64,000 nt of DNA from Sphagnum compactum (taxonomy: Eukaryota), in contig OZ234493.1 of NCBI GenBank assembly GCA_965153455.1, positions 30,370,213 through 30,434,212 of the forward strand, read 5' to 3'. The notes below the pieces were generated by a model. That model searched no databases. It was not told the origin of the DNA and saw nothing but the letters and a program-made list of their open reading frames with translations. A program made the position numbers and the translations under genes. Of the stretch, positions 1 to 12,068 are shown in pieces (position 1 is the stretch's first letter; each line of letters starts with the position of its first letter).

Positions 1-298
1 GAATTTTTGCTTTAATTCTTAGATTTCTACAGAGTTCAATTCTGCGTTCTTCTTCCATTTCTATTGCAAGAACCCAGTTGTTTTCTATTTTATTGTTGAA
101 TTCCATCTCATTAAAACCTGCATAAACCCAACTCAAGATCCTTTTTCCACTTTTGTGGAGCTTCTAGCTTAATACACAAGCATTAAATCCAAAAAACATT
201 ATTCTAATAATCGTATTTCTCTCTCTCAACTCACTATTATATTCAGGTTGAAGAATTTCACACATCCCCCAATAGTGGTGGATCCACAAACAATTAAA

Positions 299-3087
299 CA
301 CTATGAAAAATTGCATTTGTCAAAACCACACTACCTTGTAACTAAAACTCAAAAAAATTCATATACAACTATTTTGCAACTATCTCTTAGATATTATAAT
401 TAGTGTGCAACTATCCCCCTAAATATGATGTATTAATAAATAAATTGCCACGTCAAAAACTCAAATAATTATATTATAATTACAAGTGAATTAAAAATGG
501 GTCTTTTATATGATAATTTATACATATCATACATACATATGTAGTCAACCATGTTTGACTTTTCATGAATAGCATTGTAGTTACAGTGGTAACTACTTTA
601 GAATTATTGTAAACGTGTCACTAAAACAACAACTATGTTGCAACTAAGTACAATGTAAGTACATGCGATCATGCCACGTGTCCACATTTCCACCACCCAT
701 TACAGAATACATTTGCAACTAGTTTTTTATTATGATTCCCATTGATATAATTAATATAACCACTAGTGCGCCACTACTAAAGTACTACTATTCAATTATG
801 TTATGATTGTAATACAATTACTTATAACTTAATAAAATAACATATTCATTAGTTATTTATATCTTCATCATATGTGTTTCAATTTGAGTGATTTAAAATG
901 TTATGGGAACACTACTTCAAGCTTTAGAAATCATTTTTGAAATGTAAAGGCAAAGGAGTAATGAAAAAATAACAAAAGAAATAAAATTTCCAACTTACAA
1001 AACACAATTTTTTCCTTTTTTTTTCTTTGGAGACTCTTACTTTCAAACCTCATAACTTTATGATTTCTTATTCATTTTAAATGATTTAAAGTGTTATAAA
1101 AAGTGCCACCTAAAGTTCTACAAATCATCTTGGAACTTTAATAACAACAAAACAACATAAAAATATTTTTTTAGGTGTTTGGAAACTAGCCTTTGTAGCA
1201 TTCGATGGTTTGTTTTTTTTGAGTTTTTGACCCCCTCTACTTTGATGGGCCATAACTTTCTCAATTATATTTTATTTTTGACAAATTTTAATGCCCCATA
1301 AGCGTTAATAGGAGGGGTTCAAATTTTGTTTGGACCTAAAAACAATCAAGCCCTCCCCTTGGATCTAGCTTGCCCTGAGCACATAAGTATTATAGTTGTA
1401 ACTCAATTACAACTAATGTGCCCCCAAACTTTTTAAGAGACCCAAATGTGGGTCCCAAAATGAAACAACAGGGAAAGCAATTAGGGCACGTTCCCTAGCT
1501 TGCAACACTTCAAGGGTACGAATGCATGTTGGAACTCTGGGATGGTACTAAGACGAATTCATAAGCAAGAATTCAAAGTAAAGTCAACATGCATAACTAA
1601 GAAAAGAATGCGGTTAATGCAAGTTGAACGCAAGTGGTGCAACATACTTAGTAGCCCGACGATTTCAGCACAAGTTTTACACGACCCACAACCTTTAGGA
1701 GGAAGCACCACTCCCCTCCCTATAGTATATTTTATGACTCTCTTTGGGGACTATATCTAAATGGCACTTTTTTTCAGGAGTCCCAAATGGGAGTCCCAAA
1801 ATTGGAACTCTTGTTGTCATAAAAGTTTGGACGCTCATATCTTCCTCAAATCCAGCCTTTCGGAGCATGCAAAGGCACTATCTTATAACCCTCAAAAAGA
1901 TCTTTCCAACAATGTATTGCACGCTTCAATCAAACATCATTTGACCCCTGCTCTAAGGGGATTTGTGGTCGAGAATCAAATTCCCAATTTGACTCCTACA
2001 CCTTCTTTTGATCATAACTCATGCACATTAGGTCTATATGAATAATGCGAGGGCACTTTAGGCATCTACATTTCAAGACCTTTTCAATGGTATCATGGGG
2101 GCCCAATTTGGTGTTTTTCCCCTTTCCAACCAAGGCTCTAAACATTTGGGACTCCTACATGAGTGCAACTCCCAAAGTGGGAATGCACTTGGGAATCATT
2201 GGGTTCCATCCTTTACACTCTCCCCCATTTGTGAGAATATGTTTCACACCCAAACACATTTTCTTGGCCTCATGGGCGTTTGCATTCCACACTTAATTAT
2301 GAACCCAATGTTAGGGTTACAATAACAACTCAATTTGCAACTAAGGAACAAAAAACAATTTAACCCATATGTTTTGTTTTCAAGTCTCATGTTACAAACT
2401 ATATAAAAAAGGTTTTTTCTCTCATATTCTCACATTAAAATGCAAGTGTCATTTTGGGATGAGCTCAAAAAAGCTTAACCAAAGGCAAAACATAAAATAA
2501 AAAATAAAATTTCATGGCTATTTTTTAGTTCACTTAATCTTGTGCTTTCCCACCTACTTATTTGCCTATGTGAATAAATAGGTCCTATTTTTCTACCTAC
2601 CTATGGTTATGTATGACCTACCTAGCTACTAAAATAGATATGTATATTATTTATTTATTCCAAAATATAATTAATATGCCATGTGGTAGTTTTTTATTGT
2701 GTTACATGTCACAATCTTGAACCATCATTAACAATCATAATGAACGATGGAGATCAATATTTCGAAAAGAAAATCATTTCTATGTCCATAAATCTTCATA
2801 GTGCCACGTGTCAAATTTTAATAAATGGACGATAATCAATAACATCAACATGACATCATAGGTGTAATTATAATGGAGTTGCCTAATAGTTGCAAATGAA
2901 TTGTTTTGATTGAATTACAATTAAGTTATAATCAGTTACATCATATATATAGCAAGTTGTAACTTTACAATTCATGCAACTTGTCCGTTAGCATTAATGG
3001 CATATAAATATAATGAGTTGCAAGTGCAGATCTACAATTCAAAAATTGAATTATAAGGCCAGTTGCAAAACATTTTTTTTCATAGTG
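299..3087. mobile_element. Non-autonomous CACTA (En/Spm) DNA transposon
   Basis: Starts CACTATGAAAAA (299) and ends TTTTTCATAGTG (3087), a 12-bp TIR. Both flanks read AAA, the 3-bp TSD typical of CACTA. Many subterminal GCAACT/ACAACT motifs on the left and AGTTGC on the right. No transposase ORF. Confidence 0.75.
1417..2324 (-). mobile_element. ~0.9-kb solo-LTR-like dispersed repeat nested in the CACTA element
   Basis: GC-richer block sharing motifs (GGGAGTCCCAAA, CTCCCAAARTGGGA, ATACTATA..GGG..GTG.CTTCC, AACCCTA near the start) with 62763-63583, in the opposite orientation. Confidence 0.55.
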
Positions 3088-4659
3088 AAACATCTCATAA
3101 TCATGGTGGCAAATGTATTTCAAACTGGTGCTGATCGAATTTAGAAGTGGTAGTTCTATTATTCATTTTGGTAGCAACAATCCTCCATTACCTTTATACT
3201 TGTGATGTAATTCTTCTTAAACTAATACTTGCTTTAATACCAAAAAGGAGAGACCAAATAATCCCACATGCCCTATTGAATTGGGTTGGTCAACATGGTT
3301 TTGTCTTCACAAAATGTAGCAAATACTCAACAAACATTAGATCATCACAAATAAAATACTGTTGTCATCTTCTAGAATCTGTCTAAATATTTATTACCAA
3401 ACAAAAACATCAACAACACCAAGCTAACAAAATAGTTGCAACAATATTGAAATGAAGTGTTCTAGTGAATCAAATATCTCCAAACCCCTTTCAATTGCTA
3501 TCATGTTCTTTTATTGGGCATCTAGTGACTAACATAACTAAGAAAATGATTCATTCCCCCTTTTAAACTTAGGCAAATCTTGATAGGGCACTTTTTTTTT
3601 AACATTGACACGCATCAGCAACCCCACATCCCTTATAATTTTCATTCAATGCAAAATCCCGTATCCCTGGAGTTCCCACTTAACTAGGTCTCTTACTGCC
3701 CATGGATTCTCAAAATTCAAATGACCTAGACATTTGCAATTCTTCCTTTCTTCCTTGGATGCCACTCATAGACCAACAATTCTTTTGTCCCCTCTTATCT
3801 TTCATCACCTTCAGCATATTTTTAAAAAATTATGTTATAGTTCCTACATTTGCTATCTTTGACACTTTAATGCGCACCAAAAAAGCTCTAGAATCCAATA
3901 CATCATAAGTACTTGAACACACAAAACTCTCTATCACATATGACATTTTTATCACAACACCAATTTCTATAACAAACAACTTTGGTATTGAGCTTAAGAA
4001 ATATAGCTCGTTAAATAAGCTATTCTGCACTCCTATTCATCTATTCCACCAACAACCTCCCATGCTGAGTTGAACCATTGTCAAACTCCATCAATAGAAA
4101 CCAAAAAAACCGTTGTTTTTGTAATTGCCATGAAATAACTCACACCATGCAACACCACTAGTTTCAGATACACACAACCCTACAATAGACAAACAACCCA
4201 ATTCATTGCCATTGAGAAAAAAGATCAAGATCAATTATCTTTTATTTTGTCCCTCTCAATTTCCGGTGCTCTACCTTTCCCTTTTCATTAAGTTTTCATC
4301 AATATAAAAACCATCCAACTTCTCTTCATCCCATTGTCTAAGTTGTAAGAATCTACAAAACCCAAAAGTTTATTTTTAAAAATTCCATTTATCTACCCTA
4401 AAAATAACATCTTTCTACATAAATGAATACTTTGATTGTTGGTGGTTTCCTTGGGTTCCTAAAATCATACACCTTTTACCCTAAACCTTAAACCCTAAAC
4501 AATTGAACCCTAGTTATTTAATCTATGTATCTTGTTCTTATTTCACCTATTTTATATAGGTAAGATGTGGGACTTGCACGAATTCATGAAACCTTAAATC
4601 CATCACAAAGAAAACCCAAGAACTTCTCTAGAGTATGCATGAAACACAACACATAAATA

Positions 4660-5390
4660 AGGTGCAATTGCAACTTGGATACCATTAATTCTTCAATTTA
4701 AAAAATTACATAATTATCATGTAATTTTAAAACCTTGAATACAACTTCTTTATGCCAATGTTATGAAGATATCAACCATGATCATAACCTTCAACTGTTT
4801 CATATCTTATGTTTTATAAAAATTAAAAAACACCATGCATCAATATATGTGCACAATTTATAATTCATTGAAGTATTCATATATTTCAATCCATGATGGT
4901 CATGGGTTAATGATGATGTATGATATACACATGCACATAAATTCTTTTAATACAATAACTAATGATGGTTCAAAATATGTAACAACAACTTTTAATATTA
5001 ATACATGAAAAACAATACATATTGTATGCGTGTATAAAGTTCATTCATGTTCACTTTTACATTCCTAAACAAGCTTCAAATTATAATTCAACATTATTTC
5101 AAACATTGTCCAATCATCATAATGGGAGATTTTAATGTTGACATTTTGAAAGACACTAATCATTATAAAAAAAAAAACAAGAACTATTAGACTTCATGGA
5201 TAAGTTCAAATTAAAATCACAATTTAGTGACAGCACCACAAAAATTGGATTTCAATTAGACCATGTATGGGTAAATGTCCTTGGAAACAAATGTAAAATT
5301 GGTGTAACATAAACATATCGGCTAGATTTTCACAAATCGATTTTATCTTGCATTCAAGTTACCAAACACATTTCCTATGTATAACAAAAC
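4660..5390 (+). pseudogene. Degraded EEP (AP-like) endonuclease of a mobile element (Helentron- or LINE-type)
   Basis: Hand translation across frameshifts and stops gives LNTTSL...EDINHDHNL..HILCF, IVCVYK, CPIIIMGDFNVDIL, TTKIGFQLDHVW and LDFHK. These are the GDFN, LDH and SDH-equivalent EEP motifs in the expected order. Confidence 0.6.
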
Positions 5391-7316
5391 CCATTATCAT
5401 CTCCATTTTTTAAAAGTGTAACATATGAATGTTACATTTTCCATCTAATTAATGACAACCAAAATGGTGGCACCTTGTGGCCTAAATTTTTATATATTTT
5501 ATTAGTTTTCATGGACCATGTGCAAACAAAAAATCATAATTATCAACCACACTATGAAAAAAAAATTGGATGTTTTTTTATCCACATGTACACCTATCAA
5601 GCGTAACAAAAAAAACACCTTCCATGGAAAATCCTAAAGCCAAAAATGTGACAACAAAAATTACAAGAAATGTTAAATTCTTAAACTTGAAAATGAAATG
5701 AAACTAAAAATAAGTGAATAATAAGTTTTCCCAACTCTTTTCATCTAAATCATATCCATTCATTACTAATGTTTGTTTCAAACATCTACGTATTTAGTTT
5801 TACCTTGTGCACATTATGTAAATTTTTTTACATTTAAAAAAAGAAGAACTTGGATGGAATTTTGACACAAAATCATTATTTACAACTTTCTATTCATTTG
5901 TATGGTTAAAAGAAAAGCAATGGAACTGTGGGTGGAATTTTTTAAGTATGCACAATGAATTTCAAGAGGGCTAGAAAAAAAAAAATTTAATACAAATGTG
6001 AGAAAAAGATTTTCAAAATCCTTCATAGAGCCAACAAACGATTATCCCATATAACTTGAGTTGATAATATAATTTGAAATGGAATATATTATTTTAAAAT
6101 AGAGCCTATCATGGTGAAGCTACTTGTTTTATTGATGATTGGTAGGTTTTCATCAACAATTTGTAATTGAGTTGCTAAGTTTTGAATCTTGAAAGATGAA
6201 AGGCCAAACTATAAATCATCAATCAAAACGATGTAAAGCATTGGCAGAATTTGTTCGGAGTCTTTGGAGGGCACATTATTCAAGTGGAATCTGTCCTCCA
6301 CAAATGGTGGGGCATTTTGAAGGAAAAGAAAACACCCTCTCCAATGGGCATCTTGCTTTTTGAAATGACTTGTAGCTTTTTTTTCCCATTTTTTCCTTGT
6401 AATACCTGATGGGTACTGTGGTACATTTACCATTTCGGCATCAGCAGGGTCTTATGCAGGTTGTAAGATCCCGCATGAGGAGCAATGCAAAAAATACACT
6501 GCCAAAATTTCAGTGGTTCTTCACAGAAGTGGGATATGGCTGAAGAGTTGTCCAGGGCTTGAAGTTAGGGTTTTCCTTAAGTAAGGATTGGCCCTTGTAA
6601 AAGTATCAAAACACCGAAGTATCTATCTCATCCCAAATGATCAAATGAATGTTTGGAATCTGGAAATCCTCATCCATGAGTGAGTCACATTCCTTATCCC
6701 CCCTCCCCACTGCTGTCCTGACTTTCTTCCTCCCACACAGCTTGTGTTTTGCTTAACAGATCCCTCCGGGCACAAGAGAGGACGCATCACCAACCAGGAA
6801 GGGATTTCAAACAAGAGAGGAAGAGGTATGTTTGCAAGTAAGTAAGTAAGTAAGTAACACATACCCAAAAGGTCTGCGCACTTGTGTAGTAAGTAGTAGT
6901 GCTTGTGATTTTGAGCAAAGCTGGAAAAGAAAGTAGTTCTGGTAAAGACTTTGGTTGTGGAGGAAGGAAAAGTATACCAAAAAATGTTTTTGTCTTTGGA
7001 TCCCAACAAAATTTCACAAGGTACGAGTCTTGGTATGTTACTTGTTATTTCTTGGAAAAGATGGATCTTTGATGCCCACAAGGAGTTTTTCCAGGAAGGA
7101 AGATGATGATGCATTGGCGGTAGAAGAATACCCATTCCAGGAATTTTTGGTAAGTCAAGAATAAGGGAGCAAAAAAAGCTGGGGGAAGAACAGATGTGTG
7201 TTTTTTGTGTTTTCTGGGTAGCGGGATTTTTTTTTTCTTTTTCAGGGAAGGTGAATTTGGAGTAAAGAGTTGTGGTGTACAGGTGTGGTTTCTCAGGGGG
7301 TCATTGAGCTCCAGCA

Positions 7317-9371
7317 ATGGCAGCAGCTGGTTGGGTTAGGATACAAGTAGGAGGAGGAGGAGGAGGAGTATACAGCAGCAGCTTTGGTGGTGGTGGAAAG
7401 GAGGGGAGCAAGGTTGCTGCTGGTGCAGTGAAGCTGTCTCTTTCCTCCTCTTTTCTCAGAGTTTATCCCAGTGGGTGCTCAAGTTTGAATTCCAATTTTC
7501 AAGGACAAGTTTGCTTGGACCCATCTCTGTTCACAAAGTTGTCAAGCAAGGATGCTGGGCAGAAGGGGAGGGTAACAACTTGCATGGCGTGGGGAGGTGC
7601 ATTGGCCTCAGTGAGGCTGATTATCCAAGGCAAACATATGGAGGTAAAAGTGTTATCTACTCTTTTGTGAATTAATTTTGTTTTTCCCAGTTCTTGAGTG
7701 GTTGGCATTTATTATTGTTACAAATCCCTAGTTGTGGTGGTTACTCAAATTCCCTTTCTCTTGTTCTTTCTTCTGTTGCATTTGGGTATGCGTTTTGGTG
7801 TTTGACAGGTGGAAATTGGAGGGTTTGCAGCTGACAGACGCTGTAAAGAATTATGTGGAGGAGAAGGTGGGGAACGCAGTGCACAACCATGGGAATCTTG
7901 TGAAGGAAGTGGATGTGAGAATGTCAGTGAGAGGTGGTGAGACAGGACGTGGACAAAAGCTCCAGAGGTGTGAGGTGGGCATCATCACTTCTCTCTCCCT
8001 CCAGTTTTGTGGCATTTCATCTTGGCACAATCAAACATGATGTTTTTGTGTTGACCTAATCACTGAATGGCTAGATTTTGCATCAAGAATATGCTATAAA
8101 GCTGGGAAAATATGCTGCAATGTGTAGACTATGTGTTTGCTCAATTTTGAGTAGGCAGCTTTGATGCACAATTTTGACAGAAATGCATCTTGTTTCTTGG
8201 CAACTTCACAGGTTGATTAAAAGAAATGCAGAGACCTCATTCTATCAGCTCTTGGTACTTAGCTTCAGTTTAATAGACAAGTTTCTTGCAGTATTTGCAA
8301 ATACATAGCCAGAACATTTGGAAATTGTTTGTGCAAGTTGGCATCAATTGAAATAATGGATCTGTGTACCATGTTTGGACAGGTTACTCTATTCACAAAG
8401 AAACATGGGGTTGTGCGAGCAGAAGAGGAGACAGATAACATGTATGCAAGCATTGACAGGGTCTCTGATGTCATTTCTAGAAAGCTCCGCAAGATCAAGG
8501 AAAAGGATGGTGGCCATGGGCGGACACCCAGGATGCGCAACCAGCCCCGAATAGGAGAGTTATTGTCTGATGAAGTTGTAGATCTTGCACCCATTCTTGA
8601 AAGGAAGGTCGATGAATTACCTGATGAGGTTTGTTTCACAACACCTCTCTTCCTCTCTTAGTATTGCATGTTTTGGTTCACACAGCGCCTTTTGGCAGAT
8701 GCTCCTACTCTGCTCTGGCTAGAGTTGTACAACCACAAATCTATGCAGATCATTGGTTTCCCTGCAGTGGGTCACACTTGGAATGCTCAGTTAGGTACAG
8801 TTTATCCTGTGTTGTCATGTGAGCAAATAATATGTACTTTCAGAAACTTGGGATAACATACATACTGATTTTTGGTTTCCTATCTTGACAAATTGAAGAT
8901 TGCAATGGGTACAGACAGTGTTCTCATATGAGTAATTGTTACCATTAGGTTAAGCGTTTCTCAGAGTAATGGAGATTGTGTGTTTGCTTCTTTCAGGTGG
9001 TGCGAACTAAGTACTTTGAGATGCGCCCCATGACATCATTCCAGGCATTGGAAGAAATGGTTAATGTTGGTCATGATTTCTATGCCTTCCGTAATGCTGA
9101 AAGTGGTAAGCTGCTTCCCATCTACTTCATGGATCCATTTCTTTCTTACAAAAGCTTTTGTACCTGCTACCAAATTGTTATTTTTTTTTTTCGCTCCCAA
9201 ATCTATCTTAATTTGTCTGGTTCTTTGTTTTTTTTTGCCCCCTGTTTTGCAGGAGAAGTCAACATTCTGTATAAGCGGCATCATGGTGGCTATGGAATGA
9301 TAATCCCACGAAGTGATGAATCATGGGAGTTGGGCCAGAATGGAGCAACGAAGGACAAGAGTAGCCAGTAG
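7317..9371 (+). CDS. PSRP1: Plastid-specific ribosomal protein 1 / long-HPF ribosome hibernation factor (S30AE / sigma54-modulation family), 314 aa
   Basis: Exons 7317-7643, 7831-7974, 8383-8628, 8997-9105, 9253-9371, all GT-AG and in frame (945 nt). Transit-peptide-like N-terminus, then [25 protein letters not shown]...VDVRMS...[14 protein letters not shown]...VVRTKYFEM...GHDFYAFRN...VNILYKR..GGYG. Confidence 0.95.
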
Positions 9372-12068
9372 TACCTTGGTTGCTAGTGACCGGCTGAATT
9401 TTCTTTGAGTTTGAACCATGGCATTTGAATTTGTAGCTGATGAGAAAGCTTTCCATCAGTGTGTTTTTGGGGATATTTGAATCGAAATTGCACTCTGCAA
9501 TTGAAATGCTCAAAAATGTACACATTGTTGCGGCCCTAAAGAAGTAGTCAGGGATTGGCAGAGTAACTGCAACAATGAACCCAAGAGAACCATATATTGC
9601 AGGGATACAGTTTAACCCTTAAGTCACAAATGGTCTTATCACATTACTCCATGCAAGAAACATCAATTAAATACTTGGTTTGCAACCAAGTGGATGCATT
9701 TCAAATTTTCTTCAAAGTAGCACAACAAGATGTGTTTTGCATGTACCTTTTTTGTGGATCACATGACACATGAAGAATTATTAGAGGCGACAGTCTTCTT
9801 GGAAGACCAAAGATTGGAAAACCAATCCTTTTATTGGCTTTTTATGGAAACATCTGTTGCCCAAGAATGTATATGAGCAATGGCCCCAATTTTAAACTAG
9901 TTTGAGAACACTGCAAGGGCAGGAAAAATTGAGCAATTTGGTAACTGTATTAGGAATATTGGAAACAAATAAATTGTGGGAGCTGCAAAAGGGTTCCCAT
10001 GGGGGGGGTTTATCACATATACGTACATGTAATGGATATCCCTCTTGGATATGTCCCTTGGATACATCCAAATGAAATACATATGGATATCCCTCTTGGA
10101 TACATCCAAATGAAATTTGTATCCAGTCTTCTAGCTTAGCTTATTTGTTGGAACAAAAGGAAGAGCATGGATATCCATCCTTCTTGGGCATGTCAAAATG
10201 CTTTATTTGGTCTTCTAACTTAACCTGTTTTTTGGAACAATAGAAATTCTGTGTTTTTTGTTGGAACCACAATAGGAATGGGTATGGGAAATCTTTTGAG
10301 GGGCACTCATTAGGAACATTGTTGACAAGCATTATGAAGTCACCTTCGAAGATTTGTGATATCTATTTGTGAAGATTTGTCAATGAGAACCATGGGAACA
10401 TTAAATGAAAGCAAACATGTTCATTCATCTTATTTCCAAATTCATTTTGCATTCAAATACCCTGACCAATTTACACAGTTTTTATCATCTCTCATAACCT
10501 TGTTTGAACCAGTCATTAAGGGCAGCACCATTACGCAACGAGTCACTTGTTTGCTTTTGAGCTTGCAATTGCTTACTAGGCAAATAGAAATCTTTTGTGA
10601 TTCAAGCTACTTTAATTAGAAAAATCTTTGAGCTCTCGCATTAGGACTACTGCAATACATTTGAGTTGGTAGTGTTTTTTCCAAACATTCAAACCCCTAT
10701 CATTCAATCTTAATCGAAGGGAGAATTGTTTTCTGATCATAGTCTTCAATTGAGTTGATTTTTTCCTTCTCAGTATTTGTTCAAAGCTGTTGCCCCAGGT
10801 AAAGGAAATGGTTGAGAGTAGACCTGTTGTTGTTGTGTGCATGCACATAAGAGATCAAATACCACATAAAAGACACACAAAATACCTTTCTTCTTGTCTG
10901 TTCCACTCCCAATTGTGTCTGTTGCCTCCAAGAGAGAGTGAGCTGCCTCTAAGATTTATCTTGTTCATCCTGCCCACGCCACTGCATCTTCGAGTGTCTA
11001 TTAAACAACCTCCCCCCCATCAAATACCTAATACAGTTGCTGCTATCTCTGTCTAGGTACCGAGACTGTCCCCAGCCAATTGTGCTGCCTTCAAATTTCT
11101 CACATCCCACCCTACCGCAAACTGTTTGTCAGAAGCACACACTGCAACATCCACTGAATCTACACACACTAGATCTTAGCTCACATAGACCTCAGTCCTA
11201 AAGCTGGGGATCTGCACAGTAGCACAGTTTCTTTGACAATTTCAGAGTGCATTAGCATATTCTACAAACACAAGTAGGTACCTTAATAGAGTCAGAGATA
11301 TTCAGATTGAATAAACCAACCCCATGACAAAATTCTTGGCATAATAATGACTACTTTCTGGAGAGCAGCAATGGAAAAAGCACTTCCTAGTAGCTCATGA
11401 TGCAGAGGGAGACTTGAACAAACCTGAGGAAGGTACTGCACATGAAGATTGTTGCAGAAACTTTCTTGATGAATTCACAATAATCTGCCTTTTTAAACCA
11501 CCAGACATCAATGTCTGGGAAAAGAACCCCCCAAAAAGAATCTGCTTTACATATCCACAAAGAAACTCAACAGAATCACAAAGTCATTTCTCATGAGGAA
11601 CTGTCATCTGAGAAATCATGCAACTTGAAAGCCTCTGGAGGAGACTTACTTGCAAGTAAGGGTACACATACAACAAGTCTCCAGACATTAGTGCACATAG
11701 ATCAGAAATAGTGGAAGTAGAACAAAATCTCAATGGAAGGAGGGGATAGCTTCCAAATCTTGATGATAATTGCACGGCATCACCAGTCTCATTGGATTTG
11801 CTGTGATCAATCAGATGTTAGAAAAGAATTCAAACACAATTTGAAGGTAAACAGAGGCACCATGCCATTGATGATCCTTGTTTCGTAGATCTGTATGAAG
11901 TAGAAAAGCTTCATCAACTTCCAAAAAAGACTGAGGACACATACACTAGTGATTGTGATCAAGACTTGCCAAGGACGAATAAGTGAACTGGGCTTAATTG
12001 GCCAAGAAGGGCATTTGTTATCTGGGTACTGTTTTTGATTGAAGGATGGACCAATTGAACATGCCAGA

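Noticed and set aside
3150..4300. Possible retroelement coding remnant
   Set aside because: Looks TE-derived, but I could identify no diagnostic motif.
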